Shown piece by piece: positions 14,505-27,290 of a stretch of 64,000 nucleotides of DNA. Source of the stretch: Octopus bimaculoides (Eukaryota); the NCBI RefSeq assembly GCF_001194135.2, contig NC_068984.1, positions 54,195,543-54,259,542 on the forward strand, read 5' to 3'. The notes beneath the pieces are model-generated. The model saw only the letters and a program-made list of their open reading frames with translations. It did not search any database and was not told where the DNA came from. Position 1 is the stretch's first letter. Every line of letters starts with the position of its first letter. The position numbers and the translations under genes are program-made.

Positions 14505-14851
14505 GTGAAAGCACGTGGCTTAGTGGTTAGGGTATTCGACTCAAGATCGTAAGGTCGTGAGTTCAATTCCCGGTGATGCGTTGTGTGCTTGAGCAAGACA
14601 CTTTATTTCACGTTGCTCCAGTCCACTCAGCTGGCAAAAATGAGCTGTACCTGTATTTTACCCTGCATTTCAAAAGGGCCAGTCGTGTCACGCTGAATCT
14701 CCCTGATATTTTTAAGTATGAGAGATATTCCGGAGTTAAAAGGTTAGGCGTGTCTGTGGATTGCTCAGCCAATAGCATGTTAATGTCATGAGCAGGCTGT
14801 TAGGTTGATCGGATCAACTGGAACCCTCGTCGTCGTAACCGACGAAGTACC
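14505..14851 (+). mobile_element. SINE family A2 (different head/middle, family-A 3' body)
   Basis: gtgaaagcacgtggcttagtggttagg..gagttcaattccc..ttgagcaagacactttatttcacgttgctcc, then gagcaggctgtt..gatcggatcaactggaaccctcg shared with family A. Confidence 0.8.
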
Positions 14852-15561
14852 AGTACTAGTTACTTTGTCTACACAGCACTTCAACGGGGGTTGTTTGTAT
14901 GTCACAGAATTCAGATCCTTATGGCTCGGAAAGGACAGTTGATCCCTTTTGATGTAGATACATATCTATATATACGCATATATATATATATATATGTGCG
15001 CATATATGAATATATATGTGTATGTATTTATTTATATGTGTACGCATGTATAAATGTGCGCATCTACTCATGTATATGCACATATACACACATATGGTCA
15101 TAAAGTTTTATCTCAAGAGGAATATCTCTCTCTCTCTATATATATATATCTATCCATACATACATACATACATATATGTGTGTGTTTGCGTTTGTTTGTG
15201 TGTGTGTGTGTGTGTGTATCTATGTGTATGTATATATGTATGAACTGAGATAAAACTGAGAAAACATTACTCTCGTCGTAAGTAGTCTCGAAAAGGTAAG
15301 TAAATATATATATTCAATACACACTTGAAACGAATAAATAAGCGTCTACTGTTTCCCAGAAATCACTATTTTTAAGTATCAAAGATATTCCGGAGTTAAA
15401 AATCACTTGAACGCTAGTCCCACAACAAATAAAAGCCAATTCACGTTGTATTTCTTTATTGTATTTCCGGTTGATGTACCCTCATATCACTTTTATAAAA
15501 GTACATTTAACGAAAGCCTACTCGTATACACACACCTACACATAAACACAGTCGCACATGC

Positions 15562-15630
<69 letters not shown>

Positions 15631-15724
15631 NNNNNNNNNNNNNNNNNNNNNNNNNNNNNNNNNNNNNNNNNNNNNNNNNNNNNNNNNNNNNNNNNNNNNN
15701 NNNNNNNNNNNNNNNNNNNNNNNN

Positions 15725-15768
<44 letters not shown>

Positions 15769-16155
15769 CACATACACACACGCACACACACATGCACACA
15801 CACACACACACGCACACATATACACCTATTCACGTAGATAGGACCAAAAAAAAAATCAACAACAGCTGGTTGATTATTTTCATGGCAAACAAAGAGTTCA
15901 TTCATTTGACTGTAAACTATAGGTTGGATATGATTATCGATATGAAAGGTATAACGTCAGAAGAGTTTTGTTTTCCGCTGTTGTAATACGGTATCGTTGA
16001 AACTGTAGAGGAATAAGAGGAGAAAAGACAATCTCTGAAAATAATGAGACTTTTGTCAAGGTTTACTATAAACCAGACTATTATCTAACTTAAGACTCGA
16101 ATGTACTCACATGCATGTGCAGATATGTAATTATAGATGCTTGCGTGTATGTGTG

Positions 16156-16203
<48 letters not shown>

Positions 16204-16214
16204 TGTATATAGTA

Positions 16215-16460
16215 AGCAAGGTCTACAATCGAAGGACCCTAGTAAAAAACCAAAGTCTTAGTAAGTAGGAAGGCTGCCAAATCAAACCCCTTCAGGTAGA
16301 TAGCCCTGCTCGATCTGTAGAAAAGGCGTGAGTAGAAACTCTATACGATGCCCCCGGTGTAAGCTATGGACACATAAAAGGTGCAGCAATATCAAAGGAA
16401 GGTTAACCGGGAAGATAGTTTTTGTGTGTGACAGATGCACAAGGGCAATAAATACCGAAA
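16215..16460 (+). mobile_element. RTE-type LINE fragment with Cys-rich (PHD-like) finger
   Basis: KTKVLVSRK...PCSICRKGVSRNSIRCPRCKLWTHKRCSNIKGRL...FVCDRC. Confidence 0.75.
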
Positions 16461-16469
16461 GCGGTATTT

Positions 16470-16650
16470 CGCTAAGCGGTATTTCGTCTGCCGTTACATT
16501 TTGAGTTCAAATTCCACCGAGGTCGACTTTGCCTTTCATCCTTTCGGGGATCGATAAATTAAATACCAGTTACGCAGTGGAGTCGACGTAATCGACTTAA
16601 TCCCCTTGTCTGTCCCCTCTATGTTTAGCCCCTTGTGGGCAATAAAGAAA
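16470..16650 (+). mobile_element. SINE family C
   Basis: ttgagttcaaattccaccgaggtcgactttgcctttcatcctttcgggg.tcgataaattaaataccagtt...gcaataaagaaataagaa. Confidence 0.85.
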
Positions 16651-16994
16651 TAAGAATATAATTTTAGGTGACGTCCTTATGGGCTAGTAGATTATGGGCG
16701 TTAGTATCAGTATGGATACATATACATGTAGAGGAGAGAGGGTGACACAGAGATAGATACCTAAATTTCTCCATTTACATTTGTACAAATCTAATTGAAT
16801 ATTCATTTCCTTTGTAAAGTCTTTTGATGTAACATTTGAATCGTGTTAGTTTGAATGTTATACGTATGACATTCATCGTGTGTCATGTCCAACTATTCTT
16901 GGAATTCAAAATATTATCTCATGTCGGCAGCCTCTCTTAAAAAAAAAAAAAATCCAGAACAATATGAAAAGTTTCATATCCTTGTTAGTATAGC

Positions 16995-17200
16995 GCTTAA
17001 GACAGTGAGCTGACAGAATTATTAGTATGCCGAAGAAAATGCTTAACGATATGACCTTACATTCTGGTTTCAAATTCCGCCAAGGTCGACGTTGCCGTCC
17101 ATCCTTTTGGGGTCGGTAAAACAAGTACCGGTTTAGCACAGGGGTCAGTGTTATCGACTAATCCTTTGCTCCCAAATTTCACACCTTGTTCCTATATCGG
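16995..17200 (+). mobile_element. SINE family C, degenerate
   Basis: gagctgacagaat..gttcaaattccgccaaggtcgac..catccttttggggtcg. Confidence 0.75.
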
Positions 17201-19177
17201 AAATGATTATTATTACATCGCTTTACGTTCTAATTTTACCCCCTCCTCCCCAAAATCTGGTTGTATGCCAAAATTTAAAAACAATATTAGTGGGCCTGAA
17301 GTCAGTGCTCTGGCAGAGTCGTTAACTCTCTGGGTAAAATACTTAGCGACAATATTAGTGGGCCTGATACAATCAGTATATCAATACATATCGTTATATG
17401 TAAAAATTCTAGCCTACACCGGACATGCTGCTGAGTAGGGTAGTGCCAATGCTGTTACTCTGAATACTAGAGGGCCTTCACTCTACTGGGAAGTTGTTAG
17501 TTTTTAAAGAATATTATTCCGTGTGTTCACTTCAACTGGTGCTTATAAGTAATTCACTAAATTATTTGTGATCCTGGCAATGCTCCAATTTTGTTCCAGA
17601 TCTTATGATATTTCACTTTCTATGTGCTTTGTTGGCCCTTAGAAGGAATACAAAAATTTGCTTCCACAGGAATTGCAATTAAAAGGTTGTTTTTATATTA
17701 TGAGCTTGGGTTAGAGTATCTAGTACTTTGGGACGTTTTGATGAAGTTGAAATTTTCTCTTTGACACGCTATGCACAAATTACTGGCGTATATAAAAGCT
17801 TGCTTTTATTATACTTCGGCTTGTGTAAATGCAGTAAAACATTGGAGTTAGTATCCTATCTCGAAACAGAGCATTTCGTAATTTTTGTGTGTAGCCTTTC
17901 CTTGCTGTTCATCATTACAAATAGGCATGTATTTATTACCATAACATTAATTAACTATGTGAGAGTCGCGGTATTTTTGAAATTAAACATCCTTTTTAAC
18001 AATAAGTGGTGGTTAACTGTCTGGTAAACCATAGTGAGATTAACAAAATTGTTTCTATAATTTTCTTTTGTAGAAACCCATCCTCGTAGTTGGTTTTCCA
18101 GGACGAAATCCGGTTTGTAATTATTGTTGTTTTGTGATGAACGAGCAGAGTTGTAAGCAAAAACATTCCTGCGAGAACATTTATCATAGATTGAATTACA
18201 CAATTTAATCTGTCGTTCCTATTTTGAAAGTGGTAGCGTGTGATTTGACGCGAACTTGGCTGTTATCTCTAGCAAGAAAAACTACCACATAGAGTTCAGT
18301 CATTGGTTCAAACGTTTCTTTCTAAATAAGGTATTGTTCAGTAACGAATGAGATTCTCTTTAAAATTTAGCTTTCGAAAAGATTATAAGTTTCAGAAAGG
18401 TGAGGAATCGATCAGGTGCTTTTTGTTTGTAATGGGTTATTTTCAGTCTTTTTAATCCTTCAAAATGCCCATTCAAAGGAGAGTTCGGATAATTTCAGAT
18501 AGGTTTCAGCTAATTTGAAGACAAGAAACCTTTCTGTTTATTTCTTTCTTTATTTTCTTTTAACTGTTAATTTTTAGTTTGGAAAACTAATTTCTGGAGT
18601 GTTAATGGGTGATAAAGAAATCTTTCTATGGATATGCTGATATTTTAGAAGATAAATTGAAGTGATTAGAAGCAAGTAAACTGTCCAGAGGTACAATAAA
18701 ACGGTGATTGATATCACTGTGTAACACGATTTTTGTCCTTGGGTAGCAAGTTTTATTTCCAATTTGCTTACTCCTAGAAAGCATGAAAAATGACTAATAT
18801 TTCCTTCAAACTTTGCTTTTGTTGCGATATTTATTCAAACTCCAAAGAATCCCCCTCAGTACATGGCTATGATGCTCCTCCACTACTCCCACTCATGATC
18901 AGACATGCATATATTGTCAGCCACCAAGGGACATACTCAAGTGGTTAAGGTCAAGCAACTGACAGGCAAATCTGTGGTATTGAGCAGAATATTTGCTATA
19001 ACGATATTTCTGCACCAAACAACTCAGCGCTGAATCTGTTTGAAATGTAATGGAAAATAGATTAGTTTTAAAACATTGATGTCCAGGTCACGAAAGCAAA
19101 GTTTGAAAGGAATAATAATCATTTCTTTTGATTTTTAGATTGAAGCAAATGGGAAATAACACTTATTGACCAAAAAC

Positions 19178-19226
<49 letters not shown>

Positions 19227-19230
<4 letters not shown>

Positions 19231-19897
19231 TGAAAAGAAACATAACAAGTAACTGTAGAATATGCGGAGATGGACAAGAAACAATAAATCATATTATCTC
19301 TGGCTGCCCAGTCCTGGCTAAGAAGGAATATATTCACAGACACGACAGAGCTGAGACCTATATACACTGGAAGCTATGCCAACACTATGGAATAACAACA
19401 GAAAAAAGATGGTATAAACACACACCAGAAAAGGTCACAGAAAACGAGAAAGCAACCATACTCTGGGATATGCCAATACACACAGATAGAGAAATTAAGA
19501 CAAATAGACCAGATATNNNNNNNNNNNNNNNNNNNNNNNNNNNNNNNNNNNNNNNNNNNNNNNNNNNNNNNNNNNNNNNNNNNNNNNNNNNNNNNNNNNN
19601 NNNNNNNNNNNNNNNNNNNNNNNNNNNNNNNNNNNNNNNNNNNNNNNNNNNNNNNNNNNNNNNNNNNNNNNNNNNNNNNNNAATATTCAGACAAATACAT
19701 AACAAAAACACCAGGACTTACAAATATATATAACATACAGAAAATTGCACTACTGGGCACTGCACACATCCTACGCAAAACACTTTCAATACAGTAACCA
19801 TAAGAGCATCACAGCAAACCACAGCACATACCCAAAGCACACAGAGCTGCGCTCTGTAGTGAAGTGAAAGCACGTTATAAAAATAAAACTACTGAAC
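19227..19897 (+). mobile_element. 5'-truncated R4/Dong-clade LINE (zinc knuckle plus restriction-like endonuclease) in a (TAA)n array
   Basis: CRICGDGQETINHIISGC (CCHC), YIHRHD, ILWDMPIHTDREIKTNRPD, QKIALLGTAHILRKTL stop at 19795-97; (AAT)n on both sides (19178-19226, 19898-19943). Confidence 0.92.
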
Positions 19898-19945
<48 letters not shown>

Positions 19946-20330
19946 GGAGGCTGGATATAGTAACCTTTAAGAGGAACAAACAATAGTGCCTAGTAATCGA
20001 CGTGGCAGTGCCAGGGGATCAACATATCATCATGAAAGAAAGAGAAATGGTTGATAAATATGGAGACCTGATAATTCAGATCGCTAAGATTTGGAAGCTG
20101 CGAGAGTCAAACTTAAAGGTTATCCGTATTGTCATCGGAGCATTGGGTTCAATACCACCCAATCTGAAAAAAACATCTGAAAACTTTAGAAATACCTTAC
20201 AATCTAGGTGTTTTGCAAAAGTCGGTATTACTTAGAACTGTACGCATATTTCGTAAAGTACTGTCTGTCTGAGGTCCTTGTTGTAACTTGACAAACAATA
20301 CAAACCCCCGGAAGACACAATATCTTCAAT
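19946..20330 (+). mobile_element. Second, more degraded R4-clade RLE LINE 3' fragment
   Basis: RRLDIV...VIDVAVPGD...KEREMVDKYGDL...IVIGALGSIP...LQKSVLLRT.RIFRKVL, with frameshifts. Confidence 0.85.
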
Positions 20331-20855
20331 CAACAACCTCACGATATTGTATACTATGCGACGTCTATAATAACATAATTTTTGTTATACAGTGCATTCA
20401 ACAAACTTATGGCTTATTAAACGATCAACACAGTCATTTTCTATTATTCGATTTAATACATTCTTATTTCTTTACTTCTATATCTATTACAAAATGTGTA
20501 GTTCTGCATTCCAATACTCTTAAATAATCCCCAATAACTCGTTTGTTAGTTTAAGGGACTATAATGAAATGAAGAAGCCGCGTGGGCTTAGTTTCTTGCA
20601 TTCAGGAAAACAATGCACATGGCGAATGTTCTGCCATCAGGATAGTTTCCCAGAGAAAACATAAGGGGGGTTGAGGAGGGGAAATAATATTTCTTTTTCT
20701 TTGAAAATTTGTTAAAAATGAAGTTAAATATAGAACGAAAAGTATGATTAGAAAGAGTTAAGGATGAACTGAAAAATAAACTTATATAGATGAGTTAATA
20801 TAACACATACAACCTGTTGCTTAAAGTAGCAGCTACCAAATGTTGTCATTGTTGA

Positions 20856-20889
<34 letters not shown>

Positions 20890-21793
20890 GAGAAACAAAC
20901 AGACAGAGAAAAGGAAGAAAAATCACAAACTTAACCAGAAATGAGTTGCTGTGTTAACATTTGTTTTATGAATCATTAATTAACTAAATATTAGCTTCCT
21001 GATTAGCAAAAGGCGAAATGAATACTGTGTTTTATATTAGTCTTGTCCGTTTTCAAATTTCTGAAATACCATGAAATTTTGCTTAAAGCAATGTAGAATT
21101 AGTGTTTTATTGTTTAATTAACTGACAGCTATTATCTGCAATAGCATAAAAATTCTCCCTTTCATCGTTACCGCCGCCACCACCACCAGCACCAGCACCA
21201 GCACCACCACTACCACCACCAGCACCACCAGCACCACCACTAGTGATATTCATCAGTCAGTCTGACTTCAAACCAGAAGCAAGCTGCTATTGTGTATGAT
21301 ATCACATAGGATCGCTCTTTCTCATTTTCATAATACATCAATTAAAGACTGGCATTAATATGTCATTGTATGTTAGTTATGCCAAGTACAGTTTTAAATG
21401 CAAGCAAAACACTAATGAGAATATCATGCACTAGTTGTATATCCTGTGCAGATATCTTTCAGAATGAAACGGAAACTTCTAAGTAAAAAATGTGAATAAA
21501 AATAAAATGTGAATAAAGTAAAACGTACTGAATGTTTTAAACCGTCTCGTCGTCACCTATATTCAAACAGCCATGCATCTTGATTAGGACTTTTATTTAT
21601 TGTAATATTGCTGTTTCGGGACATCCCAGAGTTATATTAATTAGTTGGAAGAGGTTGGGGCAATGCTCAAAACCCTCTTAGATTATTGCGATCAATGTAC
21701 TTGCTTTATCATTCCGACCTTTTAATGCCTGTAAGTTAAAACATGAACCAGAGTAAGAGATTTTTAGCGGAAAGATATAAGAAGGATTGAGAG

Positions 21794-22210
21794 TAGGCGT
21801 AGGAGTGGCTGTGTGGTAAGTAGCTTGCTTACCAACCACATGGTTCCGGGTTCAGTCCCACTGCGTGGCACCTTGGGCAAGTGTCTTCTACTATAGCCTC
21901 GGGCCGACCAAAGCTTTGTGAGTGGATTTGGTAGACGGAAACTGAAAGAAGCCCGTCGTATATATGTATATATATGTATATGTATGTGTTTGTGTGTCTG
22001 TGTTTGTCCCCCCAACATCGCTTGACAACCAATGCTGGTGTGTTTACGTCCCCGTAACTTAGCGGTTCGACAAAAGAGACCGATAGAATAAGTACTAGGC
22101 TTCCAAAGAATAAGTCCTGGGGTCGATTTGCTCGACTAAAAGGCGGTGCTCCAGCATGGTCGCAGTCAAAAGACTGAAACAAGTAATAGAGTAAAAGAGT
22201 AAAGAGTAAA
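21794..22210 (+). mobile_element. SINE family B, full length
   Basis: tRNA-like head ggagtggctgtgtggtaag..gggttcagtccc; CORE-like accttgggcaagtgtcttct; internal (TA)/(TG) tract; (AAAGAGT)-like tail. Confidence 0.9.
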
Positions 22211-22719
22211 CATGTTTCATGCTGAGCTTGGTGACTGAGATACATAGAAGTGACGAAATATAAAGAAGTACTGGAATAAGCTTTGATGGAGGAGCAAAGA
22301 AATTTGCTAGTCTGGAGGGGCAGGTGAAAGAAAGGAGGAAGAGAAAACAGCACGAACGGGATCTAGTAGTTGTGTCGGATAAGTATTTGCTTTAGCTGTA
22401 TGTTGTTTAGGTGGTGTTGTGCAAAGCTGTTTCTTTCTGAAAGTAAGGGTTACGTCATATGCATAGAAGCATGTTGTTAGAAGTGACAGTGATTGTCTTC
22501 AATGTCCGTACAGTATGGTCTAGGTTATATAATTTGTTCTCGAAAGAAACCAGAGTCAATAGAATATGTGTGAAACAGAGCGTTATCAACACACACTATG
22601 GAGGAGCAACTTCTAATCCAAAAGATAAGAGGTCGATGAGGTCTATAAGTGGACATTTTAGCTACAAAGATCTTGAATCATACCCATAAGAAGGCTCTGT
22701 TGATATAAAAGTGAAGATG

Positions 22720-23745
22720 TCATTATTTAACTGAGAGGTTATGAGATGCAGCTCCATGTTTCCATAAGTTGAACTAAATCCTCTTAAGAGGAGAAACATT
22801 TGTGAGGTTGTGGGAATAGGTATTGGCTCAGGTGCGCCCCTTTTGGAAACAATAATAGAAGTAACATTGGCAGGACCCGTTGTGATCTTTTATCGACGTC
22901 ACTGAAGAAGTTTACACCTTTGGCAACCAGTTGAGTCATGAAGAGAGGATTACGAGGAGTTTTATTGCGCATCTCTCTGCACGTTAGCACCATAAAGTTG
23001 AATGGAAAACGTGATGGAAATGAGAAGGCTATAACTGCGTGAGGAACAATTCTAGGCCCTCTTGATATCGAGTAAACCATTTGTAAAGGTGACAGGAGTG
23101 ATTTTAACAAGAGACTCGAAGGGCTGGCTGCAATAAAACGAGAGAGAAGGAGAAGGGGTGCTTCCATGCTGTATGTTGCATGGACATATCGTTTGCTTTC
23201 CTCCAAACACTGCAATAATTAGAAAAGGACTTTCAGTTAGTGCCGGCAAGTGACGTCATCCAGGCTTTGCAAGTACTGTTCTTAGCTGCTATTTCTTGCA
23301 GGCTAAACGACTACATAGAGGCTCCTCCATAAGCTCGCGGATGGTGTCAGTTATCTTCATCCGCTTAACTAACTCATGAAGGTTGAAGGTGAACTGTATT
23401 TTTGCTGTTAAGGGTAATTAGCAACGCCGTCCAATTAGATGAGTTCAAGTACCAGAGGGCTCGAGGATCAAATGTTGGTAGACGAGTTGCCTTCAGTAAT
23501 CAGGGCTCAGACGATCTGATGAAGAATTGAGGATGACGATGGATGAAAAGTTGAGGAAGGTTAACTCGTGAGGGTTGTTTAAGGTGGCAAACGTTTCAGC
23601 TAGTGTGCTAGCATGGACAGTATAGTGGGAAAATTGCGTGCATTGAAGGTCGTCTCTAATGGTGATTTCAAAGACAAGATGTTTGCGATAGACATCCTTA
23701 ATACAGATGGCCGGATCGGTAAAGTGTCGAGCAAAATGCATTGTG
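22720..23745 (-). mobile_element. Old CR1-like LINE remnant (end of endonuclease to start of RT)
   Basis: Fragmentary PRALWYLNSSNWTAL and ANVTSIIVSKRG resemble CR1-clade post-APE and RT-entry motifs; many frameshifts. Confidence 0.5.
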
Positions 23746-24042
23746 CTATTTAGTTACGTGTATTTACATTTCTGGGTTCAATTTTCACTGGAGTTACCTT
23801 TCCTTCTCATCCTTTCAAGGTCGAGAAAATAAGTTAGCAGTCATGTAATCAACTATTTCTCTATCAAATTTCTGGTCTTGTGTCCATGTAAAAAAACGTT
23901 TCATTAGAGATTAGTTAGGTAGAATCTTTGAAACATGGGACAAAAGTACCAGGTTCAAATTTCAATAGTGAATTGCTAAGCTTTCATGTTATTGTTTTCC
24001 ACACAGTTTTCACAAGAATTCATCTGATTTTTATATTTGCAG

Positions 24043-24174
24043 TTGCGGACCATAGACAAGCGATGTATATTGGTTTGAGGTTACCTAAGAGACCTCGACG
24101 TCCAGTAAAAAAATCAAGATCAAAGAAACAAGGCGACAAAGTGGCTCCGTCGTCCGGAAATGTTTCTGTACCAG
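24043..24174 (+). CDS. SLC4: Internal coding exon of an SLC4-family (Na+-coupled HCO3- transporter-like) gene, N-terminal cytoplasmic region
   Basis: Acceptor tttttatatttgcAG (24041-42), donor GTaaga (24175). 132 nt, phase 1-1. Encodes ADHRQAMYIGLRLPKRPRRPVKKSRSKKQGDKVAPSSGNVSVP, resembling the HRxxYIGVHVP plus basic-stretch segment of SLC4A7/8/10. Splices in frame to 42094 (G+TG=Val). Confidence 0.8.
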
Positions 24175-24673
24175 GTAAGACATCATTCACATGTATTCTT
24201 TCAAGCGTGTTTTTGTTTGCATTAAGTTAAAATTTAACGTGTGTTGATAAATACACACACACTCACGCGCGCAGACTCGCGCAGACTCGCGCACGAGCAG
24301 GTATGGAAGCGTCACCAAGTAGAACATAACTACTTGGTATACGAGTGTCTTTAGCAGAATTGAGTCACCCTTTTGTAAACAATCAAACGAGAAACCCGTA
24401 AGAATAATGCTGCAAATCACCATACATGAAATATACACCAGGTAAAAAAAAGAGAAAAAAGAAAAAAAACAGCAACAACAATAGATAATAACGAAAACAC
24501 TTTTTCAATTTTGGGCCTTAAGCAAACATCTAAGGGGAACAAAAACGATAATATTCATTCTATTTCAGTCATCAACATCTGCAATAACTCATGTCTTTAT
24601 ATAACAGGCACTGTGATAAGGTAGGTAAACATAAAAATCAACAGTGTAAATAAATTTCAAAATAGCCCTTATA

Positions 24674-24719
<46 letters not shown>

Positions 24720-24721
<2 letters not shown>

Positions 24722-25105
24722 CTTCCTTATGACGTTTATAAATATTCTTATTTAGATCTAAGGATACATCTAGGAAATTGACAACCGTCAGGTTGGTATC
24801 TGTAGTNNNNNNNNNNTTCTTATTTAGATCTAAGGATACATCTAGGAAATTGACAACCGTCAGGTTGGTATCTGTAGTTATGCTAAGGCCGAAAGTTTTC
24901 ATCAAATGGATAATATCCTTCCTAAACCGATCCTGTGCTGGTCCATTGGTATTTGCGGTTAAAGCTAGGGCATCATCTTTGTAAATTGTGAAGTATATGT
25001 CAGGAAAAATCTTGCCCAACGTATCGAGTAGGAATAGTCCAATAAGATCGCATATGCCTGCTCAATCATATGACTTCATTGCTCACATCGAAAGCACCCT
25101 CTGTT
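24720..25105 (-). mobile_element. Penelope-like element RT core fragment
   Basis: FDV.M.SYD.A.ICDLIGLFLLDTLGK...IYKDDALAL...NLTVVNFLDVSLDLN; matches PLE motifs FDVTMGSYDGAE, YRDD and FLD. Confidence 0.88.
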
Positions 25106-25109
25106 TCAA

Positions 25110-25946
25110 TGGCACATTGATAAAATGGAAAGATTACAAATTGTGATAGCAATTGCTTTGCGCATTTCTCAATGTGTTCACTAAAGGGTATTATTCTGTA
25201 TTCTGAGAATGCAATCTGCTGTCGGTACAGAGTTCATCTGCGTCTGAGCGATAATCCCGTGAACTCTATATACTTTTAGTGGCAGCCCGAGCATCTTATA
25301 ATATAAATCAGGTTTTCTGAGGTACAAGTAAAGTCAGATTTAATTTTGAATTTTTATCCCTCTTTGAAAAGGAATTCTGATCCTTCTAGTAGGTGTGAGC
25401 ATGTTGTGCAATTTGGGCGGCGACATTTCTTCACTTTTGCGTTCGTTATTTTAGAAAATAATTTTGTCTTGTGAGGATCTTTTTTAGTGATTTCGGTTGT
25501 TTGCGGCTTTTAATGATCTTATGTGTGTGTAAAATTTCTTTTAATTTGGGGCCCTTATGTAGCATTGGTAAATTTTGCGTGATGTTGGTGGAGGCTTCTT
25601 TGTTTCTGGGGTTGTATGTAGATATGTACAGCAGTATTTTCGGGGAAGGTGTGTTACTGTGTTGAACTTTTCTTAAGGCTTCTATGTCGATTTGTGTTGC
25701 ACGTCTGATTCCATCCTCTTTGAGTTGAACTGGAGTGTTTTTGAGTTCTTGCAATCTAAGCTCTCTGGTATTTTTTCTGACACTATTGTGCATATCCTTC
25801 TTGCAAGGTTTAAGGGGATATTTGTTTTGGTGTGTCTTGAGTGGCATGAATTAAATAGTAGATATCGTTTGGTGTCTGTGGTTTTGTAGAATATGTCTGT
25901 TTCTATTTTTAGGTTAATTTTTTAAATTAGTATATCCAAGAATGAG
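25110..25946 (-). mobile_element. Penelope-like element 3' fragment (RT thumb, linker, GIY-YIG endonuclease)
   Basis: TDTKRYLLFNSCHSRHTKTNIPLNLARRICTIVS, STYNPRN, CRRPNCTTC, FTCTSENLIYIIRCSGC..KYI..TGLSLRRR; 5' part lost in gap 25947-26476. Confidence 0.9.
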
Positions 25947-26548
25947 NNNNNNNNNNNNNNNNNNNNNNNNNNNNNNNNNNNNNNNNNNNNNNNNNNNNNN
26001 NNNNNNNNNNNNNNNNNNNNNNNNNNNNNNNNNNNNNNNNNNNNNNNNNNNNNNNNNNNNNNNNNNNNNNNNNNNNNNNNNNNNNNNNNNNNNNNNNNNN
26101 NNNNNNNNNNNNNNNNNNNNNNNNNNNNNNNNNNNNNNNNNNNNNNNNNNNNNNNNNNNNNNNNNNNNNNNNNNNNNNNNNNNNNNNNNNNNNNNNNNNN
26201 NNNNNNNNNNNNNNNNNNNNNNNNNNNNNNNNNNNNNNNNNNNNNNNNNNNNNNNNNNNNNNNNNNNNNNNNNNNNNNNNNNNNNNNNNNNNNNNNNNNN
26301 NNNNNNNNNNNNNNNNNNNNNNNNNNNNNNNNNNNNNNNNNNNNNNNNNNNNNNNNNNNNNNNNNNNNNNNNNNNNNNNNNNNNNNNNNNNNNNNNNNNN
26401 NNNNNNNNNNNNNNNNNNNNNNNNNNNNNNNNNNNNNNNNNNNNNNNNNNNNNNNNNNNNNNNNNNNNNNNNNNNNATATGCATATATATACACATGTAG
26501 ATGTAAGTATGTACATATATGTGTGTATACATGTATATATATTCCTTG

Positions 26549-26592
<44 letters not shown>

Positions 26593-27290
26593 CAGAGAGT
26601 TTTTACCCCAGCGGAAGCTGCGGAAGCTACTCTGAGGTTCTAAATCGATCGCAATGCTGGAAAGCCTTATCTGTCGTCAGCCATTATCTCAAGGTCACAA
26701 GCTATTCGTTCCTTAGCTTTTAGTCTTTATCTGTGTGAGACAGCGACGACTGAATCGGTTTTCACCTGCAGAAGGGTTCCACTTGCGGTCTCTTATCAAC
26801 CACAGCCACTTTGAGCCGGTTTCAGCTGCTGTGCCTATCTCCTTGAAAGCCTTCTTCTGTCGTCTGGAATGCAGACCTATCTTCTGCAGGAAATAGCGCT
26901 CTGATCTAACTGGAAAACCACGACAGCCGACTTCAGTATCACATACTTATCGTGCATGTGTCGCTTTAATCAAATAAGGATGAGTGAGACGAAGGAAAAG
27001 AAGAAAGGAAAACAAAATTACTACTATCATCACTTTAAGACAACTCATATTATGATACGATGTGTGTTTTTGCTTTAAACATGAAAAGAAACAAAATACG
27101 TTCTCAGGGCAAATCACACAATCCCTATCTCCACCCCTTCTCAGTCATCCTGGCTACACTCTACAGTTGAACAGTCTACAGTTTAAGACAGTGTCGCATT
27201 CCTAAGCCTGGCCTATGTCTTTAGGGTCAGAAATTACTTTAGCCCTCCACCCCCTCTACAATTATTGATATTCTCTGAAGCTCAGGTGAA

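Noticed and set aside
76-16000. Many ORFs rich in CV, HT, YI, SL, poly-I/V/T or X
   Set aside because: Translations of microsatellites and N gaps.
17600-17720. PFNCNSCGSKF on minus strand as a C2H2 zinc-finger relic
   Set aside because: Leu/His spacing is wrong, a stop follows, and there are no neighbouring fingers.
24745-24878. Exact 62-bp direct repeat
   Set aside because: The copies flank a 10-N gap, the signature of an unmerged contig overlap.
24720-25946. Domain-permuted (Naiad/Chlamys-type) Penelope element
   Set aside because: The GIY-YIG is preceded by its own RT thumb, and no linker or continuous ORF joins it to the downstream RT; two fragments is simpler.
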